A DNA stretch of 55,227 bases, counting the filler, from Jimgerdemannia flammicorona (lineage: Eukaryota): the NCBI GenBank assembly GCA_003990765.1. It is 3 parts of 3 records of this genome, joined end to end, with 100 filler letters (N's around TTAATTAATTAA, not from the genome) between each part and the next. Parts side by side here need not be neighbours in the genome. Positions count along the whole stretch, not along the records: positions 1 to 18,354 come from RBNJ01002230.1; positions 18,455 to 36,791 come from RBNJ01002231.1; 1 more part is not named here. One strand, written 5' to 3'. A program made the translations under genes and the position numbers. The notes beneath the pieces are model-generated. The model was not told the DNA's origin and made no database searches. It saw nothing but the letters and a program-made list of their open reading frames with translations. This document shows, piece after piece, positions 12,756-24,335 of the stretch; positions within the stretch are counted from its first letter, which is position 1; every line of letters starts with the position of its first letter.

Positions 12756-14709
12756 GTGGGGAGAGGTTATGGCCTAGAGATGGGGGCCTTTGGAGGGTCA
12801 AAGAGTGGGGAGGGCTCTGGAGGAGGACTGGTGTCAGGTGAAAATGGGGAAAAGCCAGGCCCCCCTAGCTTTGCAGACAAGGTGAAGGGGAGTGGATGGC
12901 CAGTTGGAGCTAGGGCTGGTGCTGCTGAGGGGAAGGGCAAGACTAGCATCAGTAGGGAGAGCAGTACCCAGGCAAGGGATGTGAGCATAGGGGCTAGAGG
13001 TGCTGTGGCTGAGGGTGGGACTGCTGATGGGAGTGTGACAGAGAATCAGAAAAAAAAAAGAGATGTGATGGCTGATGGCAAGGTGGGGCAGGGGTTCCTG
13101 ATGTGGAAGGGGGACCTGGTGGATGGGGTGATAGGGCTGGCAGTAGCACTATTGCTCAAGAAGTTGATCTTGGAGTTTGTAGCTATCTTGTACTTCTGGA
13201 GCTTGGCAGTGATGGCAAGGATGGTCCTGGGGCTTATCTTGAAGCAGGTGGCTGGGGCCACTTCAGTGAAGTTCCTGAAGGGTCTGGAGGGGGTTGAGGT
13301 GGGCTTTGAGGAGGTGGGCCCACTGGATGAGGCTCTGAAGACTAGAGTGATAGTTGGGGAAGTGGTGGTCCCTATGGTGCACTGTCTTAGGTGAGACCCC
13401 AGAGTGGTTCAGCTGCTGGTGAAGGGGGTGCCTATGGTGATGATAGTTGAGACAAGGCAGAGGGTTGAGGAGGTGATGACAGAGTATGGCAATGTGGTTG
13501 ATATTGGTTTCTAGATATAGGAGGGGACCACTATCAGGACTGGTGATATTGATGTCAGGATTCAGCTGGCAGAGAAGGAGGCTACTGGAAAGACAAGTGA
13601 CTGGCCATTAGTGATGCTATGGGGGGCTTTTATCTGTCAGGTATTAAGGGTGAAGGGGAGTGAGAAGGAGGAAGAGGATCTGTTGGAGGCTCTGAAAGAG
13701 ATGAGTGATACTGTCGAGCAGAGGGCAAAGGCCTGGAAGAATTATATAGAGTTGATGCATTTGGAAATTGTGGAGGGGAAATATATCTGCACTGACAAGA
13801 GGCAGTGGGAGTGGGCCCAGGGGTACAAGAGGCAGAGAGAGCTGTTGCCAAGTATGAAAGGAGGAGTGAAGAAGATGGGGGATGAGGCTGAGGAGTCTGG
13901 GAGTACCGAAGCCAGTGTCTAGACTAGTAAAGGAGGAGGAGAGGTGGTGGAGGGTCAGGAGAGAGCAGGGAAGATGTCGAACTAGAACCCTTATGCAGAT
14001 GGTATGTTTGAAGTCTGGGAGCAGAATTTGGGTGATACTCTCCCTCTTGTCAGAAGGGGTCCAGCTGTGAAGAGCAGGGTGGCTGAGGATGTGCTGATGC
14101 AGAGTACCCAGTGAGTACACTTTGGAGTCCCCAATGTGGCAAAAGGGGGACAGGTGGTGGCAGTTGGTAAGAATGAGTTGGTGGATATTCCAGAGGAGGA
14201 GTGGGATGAGTCTGTGAGTGCTGAGGCTGATACCACTATACTGGATGCTGGAAGGCCAGTGACACCTGAAGGGAAGGAGGTGGGGAACCTACTGTGGATG
14301 CACCAAATGATGAATAACTTTACAGCTGAGAAGTTGAGAGAGATGGACCTGTGTGATGAGGGAGGAGCATTGGGCACAGATCCTGTATAGTGATGAGGTA
14401 GTGGTGGCTCTGAAGGGGGAGGTGCTTGTGATTCTTCTGGAGGAGGAGAGGTATGAGGTTGATAAGAAAAGGGAGACCGAGCTGGCTGTTGTTGCTGGTG
14501 AGCAGGCTGCCTACTGTTGGGCAGAGCATTATGGTCTGAAACCCTGGCAGGAGGTCTGCCTGGAATATTGCGAGGAATTCCAGGAGAAGGAGGATGGAGC
14601 GAAGGCTGAACTTCTGGTGGGATTGGAGGCAAATGAGGCTGAAGAGGAGGAGTTGGCAGTGGAACATATCTTGGACTTGGTGTGGGAGGAGAGGAATGTG
14701 GATTTGTAG
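12756..14709 (+). pseudogene. LINE ORF1 (Gly-rich N-terminus, RRM-like core, acidic helical C-terminus)
   Basis: SFADKVK; KFLKGLEGVEVGF; VQLLVKGVP...EYGNVVDIGF...TGDIDVRIQL resembles the L1/Tx1 ORF1 RRM; several stops and frameshifts; true start uncertain. Confidence 0.75.
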
Positions 14710-14746
14710 AGTATATGCTGGATCTTACTTCTAAACATTATTTCCT

Positions 14747-17700
14747 ATGAACAGTACAACTACATTTTTTCTCTGAATGTAAATGGGTTGAGGGGCTCTG
14801 GATGGCAAAAGAACATTTTTACTTAGCTTAAGGGATTGGAGGCTGATCTCTTTCTACTGCAGGATGTATGTTGTGAGGATGAGGAGGATTGAGTGGAGTG
14901 GACTAGAAAATGGGGAGGGGCTATAGCTTAGATTGGTAAGGTGGCAATTTTGGTGCAGGGTGGAAGAGGGGAGCTAGGTGGAATCAGGAATTGGAGAGAT
15001 CAGTTGGTATGTGGGGAATGGTATCGACCTGGGTGAGAGCCAGTGAAAGTTGGCTCCTGCTACTGCCTGGCAGCTAGGAGTGATCGGATTGCATAGATTA
15101 AGGGTCTGTTAGAAGAGGCTGCACTATTGGAGGAAGGGGTGGATGTTCTGGGAGGGGACTTCAATATGGTGCAGGATCCTCAGTTAGATCAAACTAATAG
15201 AGAGAGAAATGTAGATGGGAGGAGTGGTGGCCTGAATATATGGGAGGAGGTAGAGACACTCAGCTCCTTAGGAGATATGGGCAGAGCATAGTGGGGAGAA
15301 AAGAGGATTTACACACACTGGGTGAATAGACTAGGTACAAGGATTGACTGGATCCTGATGTCTGAATGCTGGGGCCTGGATGTTTAGAAGTCACTGGAGG
15401 TGGAGTGGTGCCCATGGTCTGATCACTGGGGTCTAATGGGGCAGGGGCTGTTTGGAGGGAGTGGAGATGGACCCAGACATTGGCACCTTAACTCCTCTCT
15501 GCTGGTAGAGAAGGTCTTATGAAACCCTTGGGTGGAAGACATCTAGGTGAAGATTGCTGAATGGACATGCATGGGTTTGCCAGTGGGTGTTCATTGGCTA
15601 AAGTTGAAAGAGATTGCATGAGTTTACTAGAGAGGGGCTGGCAGAGAGGCAGGGAAGCAGAGGAGGAAAAGAGTGAGGAGTGCTTCTGACCAGTTGGTGA
15701 GATTGCAGATGAAATGGGCAGATTTGTTGAATTCTGGTGAGGGCAATAACTGGAGGTTAGTACATGTGAAATTGGAGGTGATGGAGCTGCAAATGGTGTT
15801 GAGAGAGAAGAAGGAGATGTGTATGAAAGGAATGGCAGCTAGGCTGAGGTAGCAGGGACTTGAGGAGGAGGAGTGGCCTACTAGGTACTTGTCATGGCTC
15901 CTCTGGGCCAGAAGGGTGTGGCATTGATAGGATGGAGTACTAGATGCAGATGGGGAAATGGTGCATGGTATGCAACAGATCTTGGGAGTACTGAAGGAGA
16001 GGTAGAGGGGTTTGTGGAGTGAGGAGGAAGGGGGTGTAGATGAGGAGGCAATTGGAGATGCACTGGAGGATTGGGAACCACTGCAAGTGGAGGGCCTGGG
16101 TGATTTGATCCTACTAGTTCAAGAGAAGGAGATTCAGAGAGTCCTTGCTGCAACTAAGCTTGGAACAGCACCAGGAGAGGATGGGTTACCTTGGGACTTT
16201 TGGGAGAAGATGGCAAAGGTTCCTAGAGTTTTAGGAGAAATGACAGCACTCTGTGATCATGTTCTTCTGAATAGTGAGTGGGTCAGTGAGCAGGACTTGG
16301 GTCTGGTGGCCTTGTTGTACAAAGATAAGGGAAGGAGAGAGGACTGAAAGAATTGAAGACCAATTATGCTTCTGGATAAGGACAGGAAGATGGTGACCAA
16401 GGTGATTGTGGTGAGGTTACAGAAGATTATCCAACAGGTGCTGGGTGAGGAGCAGCAGGGCTTTGTTGGAGGCCAGCTTATCCAAGATAGAACAGCCTGG
16501 GTCTATGGTATCATTGAAGGAGCACAGGCTTGTGGATAGAATGAAAGACTGGTCTTTTTGGATCAGAAGAAGGCCTACAACCATGTTCAGAGGGTGTGGC
16601 TGGGCAAGGTACTGGATAGAATTAGTGTCCCACCATGTTTTCAGGCTTCTATATTGGGTCTATTGGAGGGCAGTAGGGCAGTACTGATGTGTAATAGGCA
16701 CCAGAGTCTGGCATTTCCCTTGGGAAGAGGAGTTCCTCAGGGGGATCCACTGTCTCCTATCCTTTATGTCCTTTTATTGGAACCTTTGATAGATAGGATA
16801 TGGCAGAAGGTGGCAAAGCTCTCTGTGTATGGTGTGGAGTGGAAGGTGGGGGTCTTTGCAGATGATATGGTAGTTGGCCTTGGCTCAGTGGCAGATGTAG
16901 AGATATTGCATGAGACAGTAGAATGGTATGAGGTACATTCAGGGGCAAAACTCAACTGGCATAAGTATGAGACAATGGTGCTGGGGAACAGGCTAGTGGG
17001 TGGGGATGTCATTGGAACAATTGTCTCTGTGGGAGAGGCAGTGAGGTATTTGGGTATCTTCCTTTCTATATATAGTTCTGTCCTGCCACAGGTGTGGTGA
17101 GAAAGGAGGGTGGCCATCTGGGGGGAGGCGCTTAGAGGTTGGGGAGGTCACCACATCTCCCTAGCAGACCAGATATCAATTCTGAATGTCTACTGGTTTC
17201 TTAAGCTATGGTATGTTGCTTATCATTTAGACTTTTCAGCTTAGGTGGTGAAGAGACTGATGAAGCTGACTAGAGACTGGATTTGGGCAGAGAGGCAGGT
17301 CCAGATAGGTTGGGACACTCTGGCATCACCAGTGGTTCGGGGAGGGCTAGGTCTAGTGGACCTGCCTAAGAGGCTGCACTGCCTGCAAATGTGGTGGTTA
17401 AAAAGAGCTATTGAGTTGAAAGGAAGGTGTTGGGTACTACTGATGCAGAAGGTGTGGGAGTTGAGATTCTCCCCACAGAGATCCTCAGGAGATTTTCTAT
17501 TGCTGGTGGATCTGGAGGGAAGCTGCCAGCTACAGTATAAGGGCTTCTGGTGGGGGGTGGTAGATGGAGCACACCAAATAGACCTGTACTGGTGAGGCAA
17601 TGAGGGGGAGATACTGTAGAGACCAGCTATATAGCAGTGGGACAGATTGCTTCTGGAGGGTGTCCTGCTTGCAGAGTTTGACATTAGTGATGGGGTAGAG

Positions 17701-18290
17701 TGTCAGCAGGGCCTTGGTCAGGATTTCTGGCCAAGTGGTTGGCAGGTAGTGAGGATTGGTGAGGAGTGGGACTGGGCAAGAGTCTGGTCATGGAGTCCTG
17801 AGGTGAAGAGATGGCTTCCTCCCAAGTTCTGGGTGGTCTGGTGGCAGATATTGCAGAGGAATGTTATGTTGAATTTCCATGCTGGGCATCTGGTGGAAAG
17901 TGGCTGATATAATTGTGAGGAGTGTTATAATGTCAGGCAAGTTGGGGGTTATATACAGATACCAGAACATTGGCTGGAAGAGTGTGAAGTTCTGGGGGAC
18001 TTTTGGATAGCCATAGGTAACTGGCTAGATATGGAAAGGAGGCTGGATGGTGAGTGAGATTGCTGGGATGATTTGAAGGCTAGGTTAGTAGGATGGGTGG
18101 CTAACTGTAGAGTGGGTTTTGGCAGTGTGGATAGGGCTGGCTGGACATTGGCTTTTTGTTTTTGAAGAGGGGTGACAGATGGGTATGTAGGAGAAGTTGT
18201 CAAGATGGGAGGGATTGGTGAGTGATTGGCTGACTGGGTGGTGGGTGGGTTGGGGTCCCCAGGGTAGGTGACATCACTGTCTGGTGGAAG
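14747..18290 (+). pseudogene. LINE ORF2 (APE endonuclease - reverse transcriptase - zinc finger)
   Basis: LNVNGL, LQDV, GGDFN, RIDW, SDH; PGEDGLP, RPIMLL, DQKKAYNHV, GVPQGDPLSP, FADD (~16855-16866), YLG, GGLGL, CEEC...EHWLEEC. End approximate. Confidence 0.93.
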
Positions 18291-18354
18291 GGATATGTGA
18301 ACAGAGTGGTGGATGGGTGGAGATGGTAAATAGCAAAGTTATCTTTCATCAGGA

Positions 18355-18454
18355 NNNNNNNNNNNNNNNNNNNNNNNNNNNNNNNNNNNNNNNNNNNNTT
18401 AATTAATTAANNNNNNNNNNNNNNNNNNNNNNNNNNNNNNNNNNNNNNNNNNNN
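18355..18454. other. Artificial contig linker
   Basis: 44 N + TTAATTAATTAA (stop codons in all six frames) + 44 N; identical to 36792-36891. Confidence 0.97.
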
Positions 18455-21400
18455 CCCACTCTTCTGGGAGATACACTGCATCAAACCCCTGCAGTACCCC
18501 CCCACCTATACCCCAACCCCGCCACCAGCTATTTAGAATGTCCAACAGCAACCATTCCCACTGTGCCACCTTTTCACCAACCCCAGCCTGACGCCCGTCC
18601 TCAAATACATACACCCAATGCCCTGCCAACCCAACCCACATAGCCAAGGCCCAACCAAGGGTCAGCCATTCATCCCCAACCCCACCCACTAATTGCAGGC
18701 GAAGCTCTCCCCATCTCCCCCCTCCCTCCCCACCCCCAGCCCCCAACCCTAACCTGTCCATTATACATCTCCAAAACTCCCCCAACACCTCGCACTCACC
18801 AAGCCAATGTTCAGGCGTTTGTATCACTCCTCCCTCCTGACCAATATTGAAGCAATCCTTGCACTTGAATACCCCTCTGTCCACCAAGTGACCAGACTGA
18901 TAGTTCAGCATCACGTTCCGCCATAGGATCCACTACCATGCCAACCAGAACTTGGGGGGCAGCCACTGCCTCACCCTTTTGCTCCAAAGCCAGAGCCCAT
19001 TCCAATCCCACTCTTCCCCGATCCCAACCCTCTGCCAGGCCTCAGGCCACAGGTCTCCACCTAGGCCTTGCAGGCACTCCAGACCCTCGCCAAGCTGAAA
19101 GTTCTCTACCAGAACACCACCTAATAGAAGCCTGTCCCATTGCCACATCTGCGGTCCCCAAACCTCCTCGGCTTCGCCACCTCGCCACTGAAGGCCGATT
19201 TTCCTAGCTCCATCTACCGCTCCCCACCAAAAGCCTGTAAACCGCATCCTCTGGCTCCCATCCATGGCCACCATTGCAAGCAGGTCGCCGGAGCCACCAT
19301 GTGGGGAGTATCGAACCTCCCACAGCCTCTGCATGAGTGGCACCCACTCCCGTCCCCTAAGCTCACTCGCCCTCCGTAGCCACCAGGCCCTCAGACATAA
19401 AAGCCACTTAGTAAAGTCCACTAAGCCCAGTCCACCTCTTTCCAAGGGTAGTGTGAGTACCTCCCAACCAACCTGGCTCTGCTGCCCTCCCCAAATCCAT
19501 GACCTCGCCATCTTCAACAACCCCTTAACCACCCACGGTGGGAAATCCAAATGATATCCAACATACCACAGCTTTGGCATCCAGTACACATTCAACACCA
19601 TCACCCTTCCGGCAAGAGACATATGCCGGCCTCCCCATCGCATCAAGACATTACCCCATTCCAGCAGTTTGCGGTCCCACTATGCCCAGGGAAGAAGAGA
19701 TCCGAACACCGAGAAGTAGATCCCCAAGTATCGCACTGGTTCACCAGCCAGAACCACCATCCCAATAATATCGCCACCTACAATTCCAGCGCCCAGCACC
19801 AGCGTCTTGCATTTGTGCCAGTTCAGTTTAGCACCAGAACCCTGCTCATACTATTCCACCGTCCTCTGCAACTTCCCAACATCCCCCAAGGAACCCAGTC
19901 TGACCACCATGTCATCAGCAAAGGCCCCACCTTCCAGTTCACCCCTAAAATGTCCAACCCTCCAATCTTATGCTGAATCCTGTCCAGTAGTGGCTCTAGG
20001 AAAAGGGCATACAATATGGGTGACAAGGGGTCCCCTTGTGGCACCCCATGGCCCAGGGGGAAGGTCACCCCCCAGTGGCCATTAATGACCAATGCCGCCT
20101 GACTGTCCTCTAAGAGTCTGATCAATGAACCTCGGAACCCCGGGGGAATACCAATCTACTTCAGCACTCCTTCCAGCCATATTCTCCGCACTCTATCATA
20201 AGCCTTCTCCTGGTCCAGAAATACCAATCTGCCATCCACCCCTGTAGCCCGGGCACCTTCAATCACTCCATGAACCCAGGCCATCCCGTCGCGAATCAAC
20301 CGACCACCGACAAACCCACGTTGCTCAAACCAAGCACTTGCTGTGCAATCCCTTGCAACCGCAGCACCAAGATCTTCATCACCAGTTTGTGGTCCATGTC
20401 CAGGAGGATGATCGGCTGCCAGTTCTTCCATTCCTCCCTCCTGCCCTTGTTCTTATATAGCAAGGAGACCAGCCCCAAGTGCTGTCCCCCAATCCAGGCA
20501 CCAGACCGAAGAACTTCATCACACATAGCCATCATTTCCCCAAGTACCTCATGCACCCCTGTCATCTTCCACCAAAAATCCCAGGGGAGTCCATCCTCTC
20601 CCAAGGCTGTCCCTTTACTCGTAGAGGCCACCACCTTGCAAATCTCCTCGCTACTCACCGGGTCCCCCAATGCCCCAAGTCCCATGGCAGGGTCTGGGTG
20701 CCAATCCTATAGCTGCCTGTCAATGTCCCGAGCATCCAGTCCCCCTTCATCCTCACTCCAAAGGTTCCCCCACTGGGAATGCAATAGGCCCAAAATCGCC
20801 GGAGTCCCCACCACCAGCTCGCCATCCTCATCCAAAACTCCCTCCCACCGCTGCCTCGTACGTCATACTTGTAACAACCGTGACAAGAACCTGGAAGGTC
20901 TCTCCCCTTCCTCAAGCCCCTGCCAGTGCAAGCGGGCCACAATTCCCTGCAACTGCTCCTCTTCCTCCCTCCATAGCACCCCTTTGAGCTCCTCCACCTC
21001 CTGCCGGATCCTTGCGATATGCCAATCAGTCTCGGCCCGATCCTCCAACATACCCGCCCATCTTTCCATGAGCACTGCCAAACGCCGTGAGGCCCACATC
21101 ACCCGCCGCCTTCGCTGAGCACCCTTTCCTTTCCCCACTTCCCTCCAATACCCCTGAGCCTTCCCCTTCAACCTTCTCCAGCGGTCCCCAATCACCAGTC
21201 CTTGATCCCGCCACCTGCCAATACTGCCAACCACCTCTGTTTCCCAACCCTCCCACAATGCCTTATCCTCCAACAAGGAAGAATTTAGCCACCAATGTTC
21301 AGGCCCATCCTCATTTCCCCCAAACCTCCCCCCTCCAAGCAACCCCCAGTGATCAGACCATGGACACTATACGACTTCCAGTACTGTCCAGACATCTGCT

Positions 21401-22028
21401 CCCCAACACTCTGCTGTCAGAACCCAGTCAATCCTAGAGCCCAGTCCTGCTGCCCAATGGGTATACACCTGCTGATCAGTCCAAAAATATCTCCCTGAGT
21501 CCACTAAAGAACACAACCTTTCCATCTCTAACCAGTCTGCCAGCCTGCCACTTTCATCTCGCATGCCTCTCCCTCCATCAGTTCTGTCCAACTCCTTATC
21601 CTGTACCATGTTAAAATCCCCCCCCATACAGTCAAACCCAACTTCTCCCAATAAACCAGCCTCCTTCAATCTGCGAATCCAATCCACTCTCTCCCCTCTC
21701 TCAGCCAGGCAGTAACAAGACCCAACCATCAATGAGCCCCATCCAGGCCTCTTCCATACTCCCCACACCACCCGCAACCCCCAATGTCCAATGTCCCCAA
21801 TGTCCCCCATCCCTTTCCTAACAAGAATACCCACTTCCCCCTCCAAACTGCTGCACCCCCCCATTCCTTAGTCCAGTCCTGTAAATCCACGTCTGCATCA
21901 TACCGAACATCCTGTAACAAGAAGAGGTCTGCATCCAGACCCCAAAGCCAACCAAAGATGTACTTCCTCCTAGCCGCCCCCCGTAACCCATTAATGTTCA
22001 ATGAGAATATCCTAGTTGTACTGTTTAT
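18455..22028 (-). pseudogene. LINE ORF2 (APE-RT-zinc finger)
   Basis: IFSLNINGL, LQDV, GGDFN, RIDW, SDH, GEDGLP, DQEKAYDRV, GVPQGDPLSP, FADD, GGLGL, CKDC...EHWLGEC. Start codon decayed ATG>ATA. Confidence 0.93.
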
Positions 22029-22059
22029 ATTGAATAGATAATATAGAAGAGACCTCAAT

Positions 22060-23975
22060 CTATAATTCCATGCTCATCTCATCCCTCGCCAAGTCCAAGA
22101 GCCACTCAGCTTCCAAGTCACCCTCTGCAATATCTCGAGCATCCAGTGCCCCCAAGATTTCCTGACACTCCACCCTGTCCACCTCCTCCATGTCCGCCCT
22201 GTAATCCAAGCAGACTGCTCACCACTTCTCAAGTCCCTTTCTCGAGTTCCACAAGACAAGTGCCCTGTCACTCGCAATCCTTCGAAGCTCCTCCTCTCGC
22301 TGATCATCAACCTGATACTCAACTGACTCCAGGAGTACAGCCAGGATCTCATTCCTCATCTTCCTCGGCACCTCTTCCCCATGCAGAATCTCCTCCCAAT
22401 GCCTCTCCTCCATCACCCTGAAGTCCTCACCCCCCAGCTCCTCAGCTGCTACCCCTTCCAGGGTCTTCCACATCCACTTCTCCTCATCTACTGCCTCCGC
22501 CACCCCCTGAGCAATCTGTCCCTCATCCACCTCGGGGTCCACCAGCGCACTCCTCCTCACTGACTCATCCCACTCCTCATCCGGCACATCCATCAGCTCT
22601 TCCTCACCTCCTGCCCCATTTGGAACACTATACTGAGGGCGCCCACCATCTCCCATTTCAGCATCCACCTCCAAGTTCTCCTCCCTCCTCTCCCTGACTC
22701 CAATCTAAGCCCTGCCCTGGGCCATCTCTCCCCCTTCAGCCCAGGCGCTCCCCTGCAACCCTGCAGCCCCCACCCCGGAGCTTCCACCAGCCCCACCCCC
22801 ACCCAACTTTGCCAACAACTCCTTCTGAATCCTTCTCCCCTGCAACTTCTCCCAGGCCCCCTTCTCCATCCGAACCCTCTTCCCATCCACCTCCCCCACT
22901 ACCGTCCTGTTCTCAAACTCCTTCCAGGCCAATCTCCTCCTCGCAACTGCCCCTTCCAGATCCTCCAGAGCCTCTAACAGATCCTCCTCCTCCTCCTGAG
23001 TCCCCTTCACCCTAGTGACCTTGCACTCCACCAGTCCCCACCTCAGCGCTGCTGGCCAGTCCCTCGACTTCCCCATATTCTCCTTTCCAGCCAGTCTCAC
23101 CCTGACATCAACATCTCCAGTTCTAAGCTCTGTGCCCTCCCAGACCTTGAACTCAACATCCACAATCTCACCATACTCTCTGATCACCTCCACAATCAAC
23201 TCCCTGGTCCTTTCCTTCGACACCGTAGGGAGGTCCAACACCATCAACTGTACCCCCCGGGGGTCCCAGTGCATACACCTGGCCATAGGGACCACAACCC
23301 CACCAACCATCACCCCCTTCTCCATGGCTGCCAACAAGGCGTCCTCCTCCTCAAACTCCACCTCAACCCCTTCCTTTCCCCTTAAGAACTTCACCTACAC
23401 CGCTCCCTTAGCCTCCTGCGCCACCAGCCCCAAAATCATCCTCGCCATCACTGCCAAGCCCCAGAAGCACATCGTGACCACGAATTCAGATCTCGATTTC
23501 TTGAGTAATGGGGCTGACACCATGCCCGTCACCCCATCCGCCAGGTCCCCGGGCCTCATGCCCACTCCAAGTCCCGAATTGCCAACCGCTGTCACATCTG
23601 GATTTTTTGCCAGATCCCCAGTCACAGCCCCATCAACAGTCTCATCTCCAGCCCCTACTCTGGCCCCTTCCCTACCACTAGAAGTGCCCTGGGGTATACC
23701 TCCCTGACTCCCCGCAGCAGCCATCGATGCCTTCCCCAGGCCCAGCCAACTATCCAGCCCAGCAGTCATCTTCCCCATCCTGACCTTGTCAGCAAAGGTC
23801 AACCTCTCCCCTCCTCTCTGCCTCAGACCTCCCCTCCCTCCGCCACTGGGGCCTCAGCAGCCATCGAGGCCCCTGGCATCCCCAAACCATCTCCCCTCCT
23901 CCCCACCTACTGCCAGCCAAAGGCGCCGTCACCCCCCTGGCCAGTACGCTCATCAGATCGATCATTGCTGTCCAT
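22060..23975 (-). pseudogene. LINE ORF1
   Basis: ATG at 23975; ORF track pieces 23395..23802, 22705..23394 (RRM-like VQLMVLDLP...EYGEIVDV...RTGDVDVRVRL) and 22219..22674; stop at 22060-22062. Confidence 0.8.
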
Positions 23976-24055
23976 GTTGTTAGTCATCGGACACCAAAAA
24001 CGTTGAAAAAAGTGTTGTCTGAGTCTTGTGTCACCCGAATGTTACTGGTGAAAGG

Positions 24056-24335
24056 TGTGTGTACTACTGTTGTATAGAATGACCTTAATTTCGCCTATAT
24101 ATCCTGGGTCAATGGTTCCTCCTTCTACAGTTATTCCTTGTCTGGCAAGTCCAGACCTTGAGATCAGTTCAATGTAAACTCCTTGGGGTGGCTGCATAGC
24201 TAATCCAGTTCTGGTTATGAAGGATTTTTCAGGCTTAATAGATTCATCCTCTAGACTGTGAAGATCATACCCTACATCTTCTGGGTGAGCTTTGGTTGGG
24301 GGTTTGGCCTTGGGATGTAGCAGGGCATACTGGGC
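24056..24335 (-). pseudogene. dUTPase (Gypsy B copy 1), truncated by the LINE insertion
   Basis: AKPPTKAHPEDVGYDL, TGLAMQPP, SRSGLA, GGTIDPGYIGEIKVIL. Confidence 0.92.

Larger units (their letters stand above)
12609..18354 (+). mobile_element. Near full-length L1/Tx1-like LINE (ORF1 + ORF2), degenerate
   Basis: 5' end CCTTTCTCC; ORF1 to 14709; ORF2 from ATG 14747 with APE, RT and C-terminal Cys/His domain; runs into the assembly linker. Confidence 0.95.
18455..24055 (-). mobile_element. Best-preserved L1/Tx1-like LINE copy, inserted into the dUTPase of Gypsy B
   Basis: Complete 5' end, ORF1 and ORF2; retains many CpGs but has frameshifts; dUTPase sequence resumes at 24056. Confidence 0.95.

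Noticed and set aside
13644..14738. Overlapping minus-strand Pro/His-rich ORFs
   Set aside because: Shadows of LINE ORF1 on the opposite strand.
14700..18300. Alternative genetic code or programmed stop read-through to explain the many TGA/TAG at Trp positions
   Set aside because: Stops fall at different positions in different copies and follow G>A/C>T changes; the host gene uses the standard code.
18355..18454. TTAATTAATTAA palindrome and apparent tail-to-tail LINE pair
   Set aside because: The motif is an artificial linker between contigs, repeated exactly at 36836-36847; adjacency across it is not biological evidence.
20270..23707. Long plus-strand ORFs (20270..21118, 23015..23707 and others) rich in Pro/Ser
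   Set aside because: Antisense shadows of the G-rich LINE ORFs; no independent motifs.
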